Below are positions 32,401-46,616 of a stretch of DNA of 64,000 bases, piece after piece. How positions within the stretch are numbered: position 1 is the first letter of the stretch; every line of letters starts with the position of its first letter. The translations under genes were made by a program, and so were the position numbers. The notes under the pieces are model-generated. The model was not told where the DNA came from and ran no database searches. It worked only from the letters and a program-made list of their open reading frames with translations. The stretch is taken from positions 309,318,001 through 309,382,000 of the forward strand of contig OZ024741.1 of the NCBI GenBank assembly GCA_964016885.1, given 5' to 3'. The DNA is from Eledone cirrhosa. Its lineage: Eukaryota.

Positions 32401-35400
32401 ACCAACAATACCAACCCAACACCAACAAGTACCACCAACACCAACAATACCACCAACACCACAATACACCAACACCACCACACAACAGTACCACCAACAC
32501 CAACAATACCACCAACACTACAATACCACCAACACCACCAACACCAACAAGTACCACCAACACCAACAATACCACCAACACGAACAATACCACCAACACC
32601 AACAATACCACCAACACCACCAACACCAACAATACCACCAACACCAACAATACCACCAACACCAACAGTACCACCAACACCAACAATACCAACAACACCA
32701 ACAGTACCACCAACACCAACAGTACCACCAACACCAACAATACCACCAACACGAACAATACCACCAACACCAACAATACCACCAACACCACCAACACCAA
32801 CAGTACCACCAACACCAACAATACCACCAACACCGACAATACCACCAACACCACCAACACCAACAGTACCACCAACACCAACAGTACCACCAACACCGAC
32901 AATACCACCAACACCACCAACACCAACAGTACCACCAACACCAACAATACCACCAACACGAACAATACCACCAACACCAACAATACCACCAACACCAACA
33001 CCACATACCACCAACACCAACAATACCACCAACACCAACAGTACCACCAACACCAACAATACCACCAACACCAACAGTACCACCAACACCAACAGTACCA
33101 CCAACACCAACAATACCACCAACACGAACAATACCACCAACACCAACAATACCACCAACCACCACCAACACCAACAATACCACCAACACCAACAATACCA
33201 CCAACACCGACAATACCACCAACACCAACAACACCAACACCACCAACACCAACAGTACCACCATCACCAACAATACCACCAACACGAACAATACCACCAA
33301 CACCAACAATACCACCAACACCACCAACACCAACAATACCACAACACCAACAATACCACCAACACCAACAGTACCACCAACACCAACAATACCAACAACA
33401 CCAACAGTACCACCAACACCAACAGTACCACCAACACCAACAATACCACCAACACGAACAATACCACCAACACCAACAATACCACCAACACCACCAACAC
33501 CAACAGTACCACCAACACCAACAATACCACCAACACCGACAATACCACCAACACCACCAACACCAACAGTACCACCAACACCAACAGTACCACCAACACC
33601 GACAATACCACCAACACCACCAACACCAACAGTACCACCAACACCAACAATACCACCAACACGAACAATACCACCAACACCAACAATACCACCAACACCA
33701 CCAACACCAACAGTACCACCAACACCAACAGTACCACCAACACCGACAATACCACCAACACCACCAACACCAACAGAACCACCAACACCAACACCAACAA
33801 TACCACCAAAACCAACAATACCACCAAAACCAACAATACCACCAAACCAACAATACCACCAAAACCAACAATACCACCAACACCGACAATACCACCAACA
33901 CCAACAATACCACCAACACCAACAATACCACCAAAACCAACAGTACCACCAACACCAACAATACCACCAACACCAACAATACCACCAACACCGACAGTAC
34001 CACCAACACCAACAATACCACCAAAACCAACATACCACCAAAACCAACAGTACCACCAACACCAACAATACCACCAACACCAACAATACCACCAACACCA
34101 ACAATACCACCAACACCAACAGTACCACCAACACCAACAATACCACCAAAACCAACAGTTCCACCAACACCAACAATACCACCAACACCGACAGTACCAC
34201 CAACACCAACAATACCACCAAAACAACAATACCACCAAAACCAACAATACCACCAACACCGACAGTACCACCAACACCAACAATACCACCAACACCAACA
34301 ATACCACCAACACCAACAATACCACCAACACCAACAATACCACCAACACCAACAATACCACCAACACCAACAATACCACCAACACCAACAGTACCACCAA
34401 CACCAACAATACCACCCACACCAACAATACCACCAACACCAACAATACCACCAATACCAACAGTACCACCAACACCAACAATACTACCAACACCGACAGT
34501 ACCACCAACACCAACAATACCACCAAAACCAACAATACCACCAACACCAACAATACCACCAACACCAACAATACCACCAAAACCAACAATACCACCAAAA
34601 CCAACAATACCACCAAAACCAACAATACCACCAACACCAACAATACCACCAACACCGACAGTACCACCAACACCAACAGTACACCAACACCAACAATACC
34701 ACCAACACCAACAGTACCACCAACACCAACAATACCACCAACACCAACAATACCACCAACACCAACAATACCACCAACACCAACAATACCACCAACACCA
34801 ACAATACCACCAACACCAACAATACCACCAACACCAACAATACCACCAACACCGACAGTACCACCAACACCAACAATACCACCAACACCAACAGTACCAC
34901 CAACACCAACAGTACCACCAACACCAACAATACCACCAACACCAACAATACCACCAACACCAACAGTACCACCAACACCAACAGTACCACCAACACCAAC
35001 CATACCACCAACACCAACAATACCACCAACACCAACAGTACCACCAACACCAACAATACCACCAACACCAACAATACCACCAACACCTACAGTACCACCA
35101 ACACCAACAATACCACCAACACCAACAATACCACCAACACCAACAATACCACCAACACCAACAATACCACCAACACCAACAATACCACCAACACCAACAG
35201 TACCACCAACACCAACAATACCACCAACACCAACAATACCACCAACACCAACAGTACCACCAACACCAACAATACCACCAACACCAACAATACCACCAAC
35301 AACAACAGTACCACCAACACCAACAGTACCACCAACAACAACAGTACCACCAACACCAACAGTACCACCAACACCAACAGTACCACCAACACCAACAGTA

Positions 35401-37960
35401 CCACCAACACCAACAATACCACCAACACCAACAGTACCACCAACACCAACAGTACCACCAACACCAACAGTACCACCATCACCAACAATACCACCAACAC
35501 CAACAGTACCACCAACACCAACAATACCACCAACACCAACAATACCACCAACACCAACAATACCACCAACACCACCAACACCAACAATACCACCAACACC
35601 AACAATACCACCAACACCAACAGTACCACCAACACCAACAATACCACCAACACCAACAGTACCACCAACACCAACAATACCACCAACACCAACAATACCA
35701 CCAACACCAACAGTACCACCAACACCAACAATACCACCAACACCAACAATACCACCAACACCACCAACACCAACAATACCACCAACACCAACAATACCAC
35801 CAACACCAACAGTACCACCAACACCAACAATACCAACAACACCAACAGTACCACCAACACCAACAGTACCACCAACACCGACAGTACCACCAACACCAAC
35901 AATACCACCAACACCAACAATACCACCAACACCAACAGTACCACCAACACCAACAATACTACCAACACCGACAGTACCACCAACACCAACAATACCACCA
36001 ACACCAACAATACCACCAACACCAACAATACCACCAACACCAACAATACCACCAAAACCAACAATACCACCAACACCAACAATACCACCAACACCAACAA
36101 TACCACCAACACCAACAATACCACCAACACCAACAATACCACCAATACCAACAGTACCACCAACACCAACAATACCACCAACACCAACAGTACCACCCAC
36201 ACCAACAGTACCACCCACACCAACAGTACCACCAACACCAACAATACCACCAACACCAACAATACCACCAACACCAACAGTTCCACCAACACCAACAATA
36301 CCACCAACACCAACAATACCACCAACACCAACAGTACCACCAACACCAACAATACCACCAACACCAACAGTACCACCAACACCAACAGTACCACCAACAC
36401 CACAATACCACCAACACCAACAATACTACCAACACCAACAATACCACCAACACCAACAGTACCACCAACACCAACAATACCACCAACACCAACAATACCA
36501 CCAACACCAACAATACCACCAACACCAACAATACCACCAACACCAACAATACCACCAACACCAACAGTACCACCAACACCAACAATACCCCCAACACCAA
36601 CAATACCACCAACACCAACAATACCACCAACACCAACAATACCACCAACACCAACAGTACCACCAACACCAACAGTACCACCAAAACCAACAATACCACC
36701 AAAACCAACAATACCACCAACACCAACAATACCACCAACACCAACAGTACCACCAACACCAACAATACCACCAACACCAACAATACCACCAACACCAACA
36801 ATACCACCAACACCAACAATACCACCAACACCAACAATACCACCAACACCAACAATACCACCAACACCAACAATACCACCAACACCGACAGTACCACCAA
36901 CACCAACAATACCACCAACACCAACAATACCACCAACACCAACAATACCACCAACACCAACAGTACCACCAACACCAACAATACCACCAACACCAACAAT
37001 ACCACCAACACCAACAATACCACCAACACCAACAGTACCACCAACACCAACAGTACCACCAACACCAACAGTACCACCAACACCAACAATACCACCAACA
37101 CCAACAATACCACCAACACCAACAGTACCACCAACACCAACAGTACCACCAACACCAACTATACCACCAACACCAACAATACCACCAACACCAACAGTAC
37201 CACCAACACCAACAGTACCACCAACACCAACAATACCACCAACACCAACAATACCACCAACACCAACAATACCACCAACACCAACAATACCACCAACACC
37301 AACAATACCACCAACACCAACAATACCACCAACACCAACAATACCACCAACACCAACAGTACCACCAACACCAACAATACCACCAACACCAACAATACCA
37401 CCAACACCAACAATACCACCAACAACAACAGTACCACCAACACCAACAGTACCACCAACACCAACAGTACCACCAACACCAACAGTACCACCAACACCAA
37501 CAATACCACCAACACCAACAGTACCACCAACACCAACAGTACCACCAACACCAACAGTACCACCATCACCAACAATACCACCAACACCAACAGTACCACC
37601 AACACCAACAATACCACCAACACCAACAGTACCACCAACACCAACAATACCACCAACACCAACAATACCACCAACACCAACACCAACCGTACCACCAACA
37701 CCAACAGTACCACCAACACCAACACCAACAATACCACCAACACCAACAATACCACCAACACCAACAGTACCACCAACACCAACAATACCACCAGCACCAA
37801 CAACACCAACAGTACCAACAACAACATGACCAACAATACCACCAACACCAACAACACCACCAACATCCACAATACTAACAACAAACAAACGCTGCCATCA
37901 ACAATACCATCACCACCAACAACATCACCAACACCACCAACAATAATTCTACCAACATTC
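23480..37960. repeat. ~14.4 kb minisatellite, 18-bp unit CCACCAACACCAACA(A/G)TA
   Basis: Six-residue periodicity in all minus-strand ORFs (VGVGGI/T, LLVLVV, CWCWWY). Roughly 800 units by length. Confidence 0.97.
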
Positions 37961-38744
37961 AATGCACCTCCCCCCCCCCCCCAACACTATTATCCAGAAT
38001 TTCTTTAAGTCTCGTGAGACCATGCATCATCACATGGAATGTTTCATTCCGTGTCGCAAGTCCGGGGTAGGTTTTTTTCTGTATGGAAGACCATCACTTG
38101 CCCTGCTCGTGCATGAATGTCTCCTTCTCCAGAGTATTCCCACGGGAACAAAGAGCAAATAGAAAGTTAACATTCGCCTTCTAGGTCTGAATGGATAAGC
38201 CACCTCAAATCACATGTGAAAAAGACAAACATTTTGGGGGAGGGGAAAGTCGATTAAATCGACACCAGTGCGTGACTGGTACTTTATATTATCGACCCCG
38301 TAAGGATGAAAGGCAAAGGTAACATCGGCGGGATTTGAACTCAGATCATAAAGGGCCGTAACTCTTTGCTGCAAAGCATGTTGTCCGACCCCCCTATCGA
38401 TACTGCCAATCCACCGCTCTGAGGGACCTACATATAATGAAATCCATTGGTGGAAGAAAAAAAACATGCCACATACTGTGTTGGACCCTCATCCTTTCTA
38501 CCGATGGAGGTCCTGTTATCTGACTGACAAAACAGCCCACTCATGAAATTAACGTGCAAGGGGTGAGCATTCCATTGAGACGTGTACCATCAACTTAGTT
38601 CTCAGGGAGATGCTGTATAACACGATGTAAAACCCATTGTTGCCAGCTGAGTGGACTAGAGCAATGTGAAATAAAGTGTAGAACACGTGTCACCAGGGAT
38701 TGAAATCTCGACCATTTGGTTGAAACCCGAAAACCGTTAAGCTC

Positions 38745-38970
38745 TAGGTCACATGACTTCGCAAATCAAATCGAAACGGCGATTAAAATGCAGGTGTAGT
38801 GGGGGGGATATACCCCTATGGAACTGTATGTCGGAGCAAGCCTTGATATTCTCCGCAGAGCTCACAACAAAGATAAGAGAAAAGGATTGCAGGATGTGGG
38901 CGGCGATGATGAAGGACAGAGACCGCTGGAAAGAACTCATCCATGGATCTCGGGAATTTTACTCGCCCTA
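38745..38970 (+). mobile_element. Decayed RTE-like LINE 3' fragment
   Basis: TSQIKSKRRLKC..LW..AAMMKDRDRWKELI resembles RTE C-termini. Followed by a short (TAGA)n. Confidence 0.45.
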
Positions 38971-39108
38971 GATAGATAGATATATCTATATGAAAAGATC
39001 CAGGACCTGAATCTTTCATATTACCCACTCTGCTGCCCCTAGTATCAAGTACTCTGGTGGGTTATGGTCTAGCTGGTTTTTACCACACCCAATCTGATAT
39101 ATATTGTT

Positions 39109-39159
39109 AGTTTCAGAAGATCCCGTTAAGGGTGAAAGCAGCGATTCTTTGCTTAAACT
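39109..39159 (+). ncRNA. Variant type I hammerhead-like motif (CAGAAGA core)
   Basis: AGTTT-CAGAAGA-T-CCC-GTTAA-GGG-T-GAAA-GCA-GCGATTCTT-TGC-TT-AAACT. Confidence 0.55.
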
Positions 39160-39239
39160 TTAATCTGTTATTTTAATAAATATATTATAGATCAATGATA
39201 TTAATAAATGGAAACTATATTTATAAAACCATATTTATT

Positions 39240-39294
39240 CTATTGTATATATTTCTAGGGTACCAAAACTTTGGTACGCTCTCATCAGATAAAA
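39240..39294 (-). ncRNA. Degenerate hammerhead-like motif
   Basis: CTGATGA-GAGC-GTACCAAA-GT-TTTGGTAC-CCTA-GAAA-TATATA. Stem I is poor. Confidence 0.45.
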
Positions 39295-39381
39295 TACAAA
39301 GTTTGTTTTATAAATATTGACATATCCAGGAACGAGACCTTCACGGTTCAAGTTTTACCTGGATAGTTAAATATCCCTTTA

Positions 39382-39455
<74 letters not shown>

Positions 39456-39481
39456 TAAAGGGATATTTACAGATTGACTTT

Positions 39482-39576
39482 GAATTTTGCTTTCAATCCT
39501 CAGAATGAAAAAATCCTGGTCTGTTTATTGAATTTAGACCAGGATTTTTTCATTCTGAGGATTGAAAGCAAAATTC
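39482..39576. repeat. Perfect inverted repeat, 41-bp arms with 13-nt spacer
   Basis: 39482-39522 versus 39536-39576. Confidence 0.93.
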
Positions 39577-39779
39577 TTTGCTTTTAAGAAACCTCTGGTA
39601 AATGGAATAATTGCCTTAAGTTGTTTATTACATAACTATTAAGCTCTGTTACCTACATAGAGCACTCTTTTTTCCTGGACTTTTCCGACGGAATTACTTC
39701 ATATATATATATATATATATATATATGATTAGTTTTTTCGTTGTTTTGGTATTGTATGGCTGGGTTTTGCCAGCCGCAA

Positions 39780-40165
39780 TTTTCGATTTGTCGAATGGCT
39801 TGCACTACCCGTATAGAAAGACGAATGATACGCTTAATTACATACGTAAGCATTCTAACCATCCTGCCAGCATAACCAAGAAACTGGTAAGAAGCCTTTC
39901 TTTGAGGCTTTCCCGTCTATCTACTAACGAGCATATTTTCAACGACCATTCCACATATTACAATGAAGCTCTCGCTCTGAGTGGATTTGTCGATAAGGTA
40001 GCATATACAGAGTACGAGAATAGACCTAGAAGAAATAGATCCCGTCGCATTTGTTGGTATAACCCACCATATAATATGGAGGTGGCCACACCATTAGCTA
40101 AGATCTTTCTCTCCCTTATTATGAAGCATTTCCCCCCAGCACATAAATATAGTAACATTTTTATG
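39780..40165 (+). mobile_element. Internal fragment of PLE family 1 (RT thumb/linker)
   Basis: YPYRKTNDTLNYIRKHSNHP..RLSRLS..YNEAL..SG..WYNPPYN. The end matches 13040-13127(-). Confidence 0.85.
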
Positions 40166-40362
40166 GATATGGCCGGTTTAAATGCTAAAGGGTTAAAGTA
40201 GTTCTCATGTAGATTCAGTAAGACACAAAGCTTTCAATTACAGCTTTCAAGTACAGCTAATTTTTCCAGCTGCTAATTGAACTCAAGACCCTACGGTCGT
40301 GAGCTGAACACTTTAATTACTAAGTCACGCGCCTTCACAATATATATATATATTTATTTATT

Positions 40363-40406
<44 letters not shown>

Positions 40407-40954
40407 TGTGTGGGGGGGGGTGTATGTGTGTGTGTGTGCGTGTGTGTGTGTGCGTGTGTGTGTGTGTGCGTGTGTGGGGGGGGGGTGCGTGTGTGTGGGG
40501 GGGGGTATGTGTGGGGGGGGGGGGTGCGTGTGTGTGTGTGCGTATATAGATAATAAATATTTAAAAAAGACAAAGACAGAAGCAATTATGTATGTATACG
40601 CAATATTCTAACACAGACACAAACAGCAGAATTTACATACTCTCACACACATCCATATACATATAGATGTATGTATGTATGCATTTATGTATGTATGCAT
40701 TTATGTATGTGTGTGTGTATGTGTGTGTACTTATATGTGTGTACGTATACATTTATGTATGTATGTATATGTATGTGTGCGTGTATGTGTGTGTTTATAT
40801 GTGTGTATGTATTATATTTGTTACGTGTGTAACAAATGCAGCACACCAACAAAGAAACACAGAAATAAACACTCTATTACAAAGTAAACACAGTAAAGAG
40901 CATACACATTACACCCACAATGCAAACACACACACACACACATCCCATACATAT

Positions 40955-40988
<34 letters not shown>

Positions 40989-41420
40989 CCCATACATATG
41001 TACACACAATACTATATAGAGGTCGACAGCCGTAATAAATGACAATATAGAAATCAACTAACTAGAATGTGTCAGTCGGTCAATGAACGGAAAGGACTTC
41101 CGTCGGTTTCGACGATGAGAGTTCTAGTTGTTCGACCTACCTGCTCATGAAATTTATGTGTGACTGAGCATTCCACAGACATATGTACACTTAACATAAT
41201 TCTCAGGAAGATTCAGCGTGATACAATGTTTGATAAGGTTGCTCAATTTCACTCATAAAGTTTAGGTTGCTCATAGGTTATGGAAAAACAATATTTTCCC
41301 CAAGATGCCAGATCGGCATGAATGGAAACCGGAATCTGATATGGTGTTTATAGTAGTGGCGGTGATGGTATTGTTGTTTATAGCGTTGGTAGTATTGGTT
41401 GTGCTGGTGTTGGTGGTCAT

Positions 41421-41454
<34 letters not shown>

Positions 41455-41839
41455 GCAGGCGATTTGGCAGTCATTAGAATGTCGAATTATTGTTCCGAAT
41501 CTCTGCGTTTTGAGTTCAATTCCTGCTGAGCTCCCCTTCGCCTTTCATCCTGTATGAATCGGTAACACAAGTGCCAGCATACTACTGGGACATCCCTCTC
41601 TTCTTCCAGCTGTCACATCCCCGATGTTCCGTTGAATGAGAAGGAGTGTCGATGGGAATATTTGTGCCTCACGACTCAATGGGTACCTAAATCCATTAAC
41701 GAAAGCATAATACATACTACTAAATCTTACTATATGTGTGTGTGTGTGTGTGTGTGTGAAAACCCTTAACGAAAGCATGTTACATACTACTAAATCTTAG
41801 TATGTGTGTGTGTGTGTGTGTGTGTGTTTATCATATAAA

Positions 41840-43580
41840 GGGGGTGGAAGGGGTAATCGCCCCTGGACCTCCCAATAAAAATGCGCCCCTCCTCCGACCT
41901 GTGAAACTCCCTTACTGCCAATAGATTTTTTCCCAGCAGCCAGTGGGTGGCTCTGTACTAAAGATATATCGTTTATGATAATTTGACTACCTTTTAGACA
42001 CACTAGAGTCGTTGTTAACAATGTATACAATAACAGTGTTGTCACAAAAATTCAGCAAAACTTCTCCACTTAAGCGACAGCAGACATCTGATGAGGATGT
42101 AAGAAATTGGCTTTTTTGTTTTGTTTTGCTTTTTTTTTTTTCACTATTTTGCTTTATCACTTCCAGGTTATACAGGTGGTTGGTTGTCAAGTGATCATCG
42201 TGTTTTATAATAAATACTTGCAAGGGTATTGAAATTTAAGAGACAATTCTGAAAAGTCTAATCTTTAATGTAGGGACTCTTCTCGTATTGACAGGGAAAC
42301 AAGAAATACTCGGCTGAATGTTGTGGCTCTGACAATAATTCTCACTGACAGCGGCGTGGCATTTATAGTTAGTGAAGAGATCATAATCATGGGAATTTGG
42401 TTTTAGGAATTACGGAACTTTTTAGACAATTTGATTCTTTTCTGATGAAACACTGGAAAGGATTTGGCAACCTTGAAGGTGATAAACAATCATATTTATT
42501 ACCAATAATTTGTGAAGAAGCAAATTGTTCTGTTGATGGCAAAATATGTTAAGAATCATATGCGGCAGAAATTAAAACTTCTAAATACCAGATTCAAAAA
42601 ATAACAGGAGCCTTATGTGCAAAGTTTACGTATCTAGTAGGTTAATGATTTTTCTAAATAATCAATGTTGAAATGGGAAGGGTGTTCTGTATGTCAGAAG
42701 GTACTATATGCCATCAAATACCCTACTTCTCTGTTTCAGTAGATTTTACAGCCGACGTGGCTCATGTTGATCAGTTTATAGTTATTGTGCGATATGTTGT
42801 TTCCAGGAAGCCAATAGGAAAGTATTTGACTTCGCTGTAGGCTGGTTCTCACAAGGCTATCTCTTTGCTATAATTTTAAAAAGATGATGTAACTGATTTT
42901 AAAGACCACAGAGGGCAGCCCTATGACATTGCTATCAATATGTATGGTTACTACACAGGAATGCAACCCAGGCTTAAGGATAAGAACCCGACAGCTGTTT
43001 TAATCCCTTTTCCAGCTAACTCATTGAACCTAATTGAACAGGTTATTGCATCATGCTGTAATGAAGCTGTCAGTTATTTTGGCTACATACATAGGTTTTT
43101 TTCACCTTCATACCTTTTTTTTCTCCATCAACATGCAGATGAGAAAATCTAATGAAGTCTTTGAAAGATATGAGAAGAGAACTAATTGTGAAGTATATGT
43201 CCAACACACATTGGTCAGCAAAAGCTGAAGCCCTCTTAGATGGGGGTGACTACATTTAAAGTACATTCTGAGATATTGAAAGTGACTTGGAACAAACACC
43301 TGAAGCAGAATAGGAAGCATAGACAGTAGCAGACAAAGTGGGCTGTCTGGAAATTGCTCTGGTGTCCAAGATCTGGAATTTAATTTGAGTACAATTCAAA
43401 AGCACAAAGACTTTCAAGGATTTGAAGGTGACCTGAATAGTAGAGTGATTCACCTAAGTGATTTTCTAGAAAAGTTTCTAAAATCCTTTCGAGGTAGGTA
43501 TGAAGTGTTAAAACTGAAAGCCAAGAACATCTGAACCCAAACCAACTACAAAGCAATAACGGGTAGGCCAACATGACAAT
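41840..43580 (+). pseudogene. Decayed hAT (ZMYM1/DUF4371-like) transposase
   Basis: Fragments ICEE.I.LMAK, YFSVSVDFTADVAHVDQFIVIVRYV and RGQPYDIAINMYGYYTGMQ..KNPTAVLIPFPANSLNL, with many stops and frameshifts. Confidence 0.8.
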
Positions 43581-44272
43581 GCAAATCCAACATCCGTTTC
43601 AGAGGAAAATGTTCGTTTAGCTGAGGGACACGCTGCATTGATGCACCGTATGGGGTGCAGTGTGATAGTCTGGACATAATGCACACTTTCTACTGTGCAA
43701 TCTATTTCTGTACTCTCACGGATACTGCACACTTTGACATGTAGTGATGCACACTAAACTATGGAGTCTAGTGTGATAGTCTGAATATATTGCACTCTCT
43801 CTACTCTCCTGATTTCCTGAAGGGGTCATGTGAATGTCATCACGTGTTATGGTTGTTGAACCTGACGGAGTCCATCCCTCTCCAAGTCTGAAAGAGAGGA
43901 GGGAGGGGAGAGATAGATAAAAGAAGAATTAACAATGGTGCTGGATTAGTACGTTATTCATCGGCCTTGGAGTGATGAAAGTTAACCTCGGTGAGATTTG
44001 AACTCAGTGCGCTGAGAGTCGAAACGAATATTGTGAAGTATTATGTTTGACATTCTAACGACATGGCCAACTGACCGCCATTCTATTACAGTACAGACCA
44101 TAAATTGTGACTGTCGTCACAGGGGGGGGGGAGACTGAGGTGTTCTGAGTGAAAGCGTGACAGTTGTTGTCATAGGTGGTGGTGGTAGTGGTGATGGTAG
44201 TGGTGTACATCCCAGCATGATGCTTAAGAGCCAGTGAGGCCGTCAATGCTGCAGCTAGTTCTGTATGTGTGC

Positions 44273-44357
<85 letters not shown>

Positions 44358-45002
44358 AGAGTGTGTGTGTGTGTGTGTAATTGTTTTCTTTATGCTTGTC
44401 CAAGCTGAGTGGGAGAGATAGCGTTTGTTTGTTTGTTGGTTTATTTGTCTATTGTATTAAGGTGTGTACTACCGTATTCCATTGTAATGGCATCGTTGCA
44501 TATAAGGTAACAATTATTAACTCTGTTGTCGTTACTGCTGCTATTGCTATTATTGGTGTTGTTGTGGTCACTGTTGTTTGTATATTTATTTATTCGTGTT
44601 TATATACAGTCTTGGTAAGTGTTGACTTTTTCCTTTTTTTATTCTTTTTTTCTTTCTTTTTTTTTTTTTTTTTTTCGTCTTCCATCAAGTCTGATAGCTC
44701 CAGGGAGAGAATGTGGTTGTTCTTATAAATTTAGCTGTTCCAAATAATGCAAATGTTTTCTATGTCATGGTTTCTTGTATTTTATTTATGTATTTTTATT
44801 TATAGTTGTTTGAAGTAGAATTGAAGCTTTTGGAAAGGGGCTGGAAGCTTTTGGTAAGGGGCCTACTTATCTGACTACGTTATTATTTTGGTTTTACAAA
44901 CATACATGATATGATAAACTCCTAACTGACTTTTTCTTTTTTCATAAATATATATGTGTCCTTTTAATGTGTCACAGCCGACGCCCTTGTGGCAATAGCA
45001 GA

Positions 45003-45017
45003 ATCATCATCATCATC

Positions 45018-45069
<52 letters not shown>

Positions 45070-45125
45070 TTATTATTGCTGTTGTTGTTATCATCAACAT
45101 TGTCTTCGGCGCGAGTAGTAGTAGT

Positions 45126-45157
<32 letters not shown>

Positions 45158-45167
45158 TAGTAGTAGC

Positions 45168-45202
<35 letters not shown>

Positions 45203-45268
45203 CAGCAACAGCAGTAGCACCAGCAGCAGCAGCAGCAGTAGCAGCAGCAGCAGCAACAGCAACAGCAA
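45003..45268. repeat. Compound trinucleotide microsatellite (CAT/CAA/TAG/CAG)
   Basis: Direct reading. Confidence 0.95.
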
Positions 45269-45542
45269 TAGATTATATTTCATTTATGTTGGGGTTTTTT
45301 CCCCTCACTCGATGTAAAAGTCTGATAATTCATCTTTGTGATGTTTCCCAGCCTTCTCCATTGCTATCATTATTGTTGTTGTTGCTATTGTAGTTATAGT
45401 TATATCCTCAATGGAAAGACCAATGGAAAGACCAGTTTCTTTGTTTGGTCTGACAGTTATTTTCCTTTCATACTGTCAAAAAAATCTTCACAACTATTTT
45501 TTCTTCTAATTATAGATGTTACTATAAACAGATTAAAGTAGA

Positions 45543-45591
45543 CGTTAGCTGATGAGGTTTTATAAGACCGAAATATGTCCGTAGCTCTAAC
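45543..45591 (+). ncRNA. Minimal type I hammerhead-like motif, degenerate
   Basis: GTTAG-CTGATGA-GGTT-TTATAA-GACC-GAAA-TATGTC. CTAAC lies 7 nt after the GUC. Confidence 0.5.
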
Positions 45592-46434
45592 TGTGCCTAC
45601 AAGCAAACATCAGATTTTTTTCCAAAGCAGAAAACTTCGATTTAATCTGACTTCTAATTTTTGAAATTGGACCCTTTTCCTTTGAGAGTTGCTAATAATT
45701 ATAGCTATGTTTTAGTTTTCTCTCTTAAGCAAAGAAACAACTTTCAATTCATTGACTTATTTTTAGCATTATCATTATTACTAGCTGGCCCCCTGAAGTC
45801 AAAAATAACAGCTAATTGTAATATCTACACATAATATAAAAAAGAGATGTTTGTTGGTTGGTTGATTGGTTGGTTGCTTCGCGCTCACTCACACGAGTGA
45901 TACAAACACACAAACTCATAGCTGCGGCGAATCTTAGAACGCTGGACATCTATAGTTTCTCACACCACCATCCTTCCACAGTTATCACATAGATGTATGT
46001 GTATGTAAGAATTATTTTTCTAAGTGTGTCTGTTAATATGTATGTATATGTAGATTCGTGTGTGTTTGTATGTACCATTTCCAGTTGGAAGATGTTTTTA
46101 TTGGTATTTGTTTCGGTACTGCCTTTTGCTATCCTACTCAAAAAACACTCACTTATTCTTCCCTATCAATGTTGTTGTGTTGTCTCAAAGGCAACTTTCC
46201 AGCGGCTTGTTTTAAGCCGTCATCTAACTTGGGCTCAGTATCATGCGATATCAACCTTATGCACGAAATTGCATTTCCCAGGGGTGGCTGATTAGGAGGT
46301 TGGGTGCTTTTGTCATTCGTCACGTGTAATTCGTTTATTTGTCTTTTGTTTTGTTTTTTCGTGTGAAATTTGCTGTATACATATATAATATGAATATCGA
46401 TATATAATGTAAATATATATTAGCAATATATATA

Positions 46435-46616
46435 ACATTTCGTTATAACGAATACCATTATAAGGAATTTTTCAATATAACGACATTTTTTTCAATCCCC
46501 GAGGTGATAACAAATATACGTTCGATTTGTTTCAGTCAATCTCGTTATAAAGAATTTTTCGTTACAACGAAATTTTTTTATACCCCCTGAATTTCGTTAT
46601 AATGGAATTTCACTGT
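46435..46616. mobile_element. Partial pogo/Tigger-like MITE (one end)
   Basis: Repeated TTCGTTATAA(CGAA) subterminal motifs ending in GGAATTTCACTG. Confidence 0.55.

Noticed and set aside
23480-37960. Telomeric array
   Set aside because: The unit is not TTAGGG-like and ordinary interspersed repeats continue beyond it.
23599-37962. Giant minus-strand ORFs of up to 3114 aa
   Set aside because: They result from a stop-free 18-bp repeat. All three frames are open and the peptide pattern switches at every indel.
41305-41529. Small TM-like ORF as a further exon
   Set aside because: Hydrophobicity derives from GGT/GT simple repeats running into a SINE, and no convincing splice sites were found.
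42088-42110. CTGATGA..GAAA as a hammerhead
   Set aside because: No stem II or III pairing, and it lies within hAT transposase sequence.
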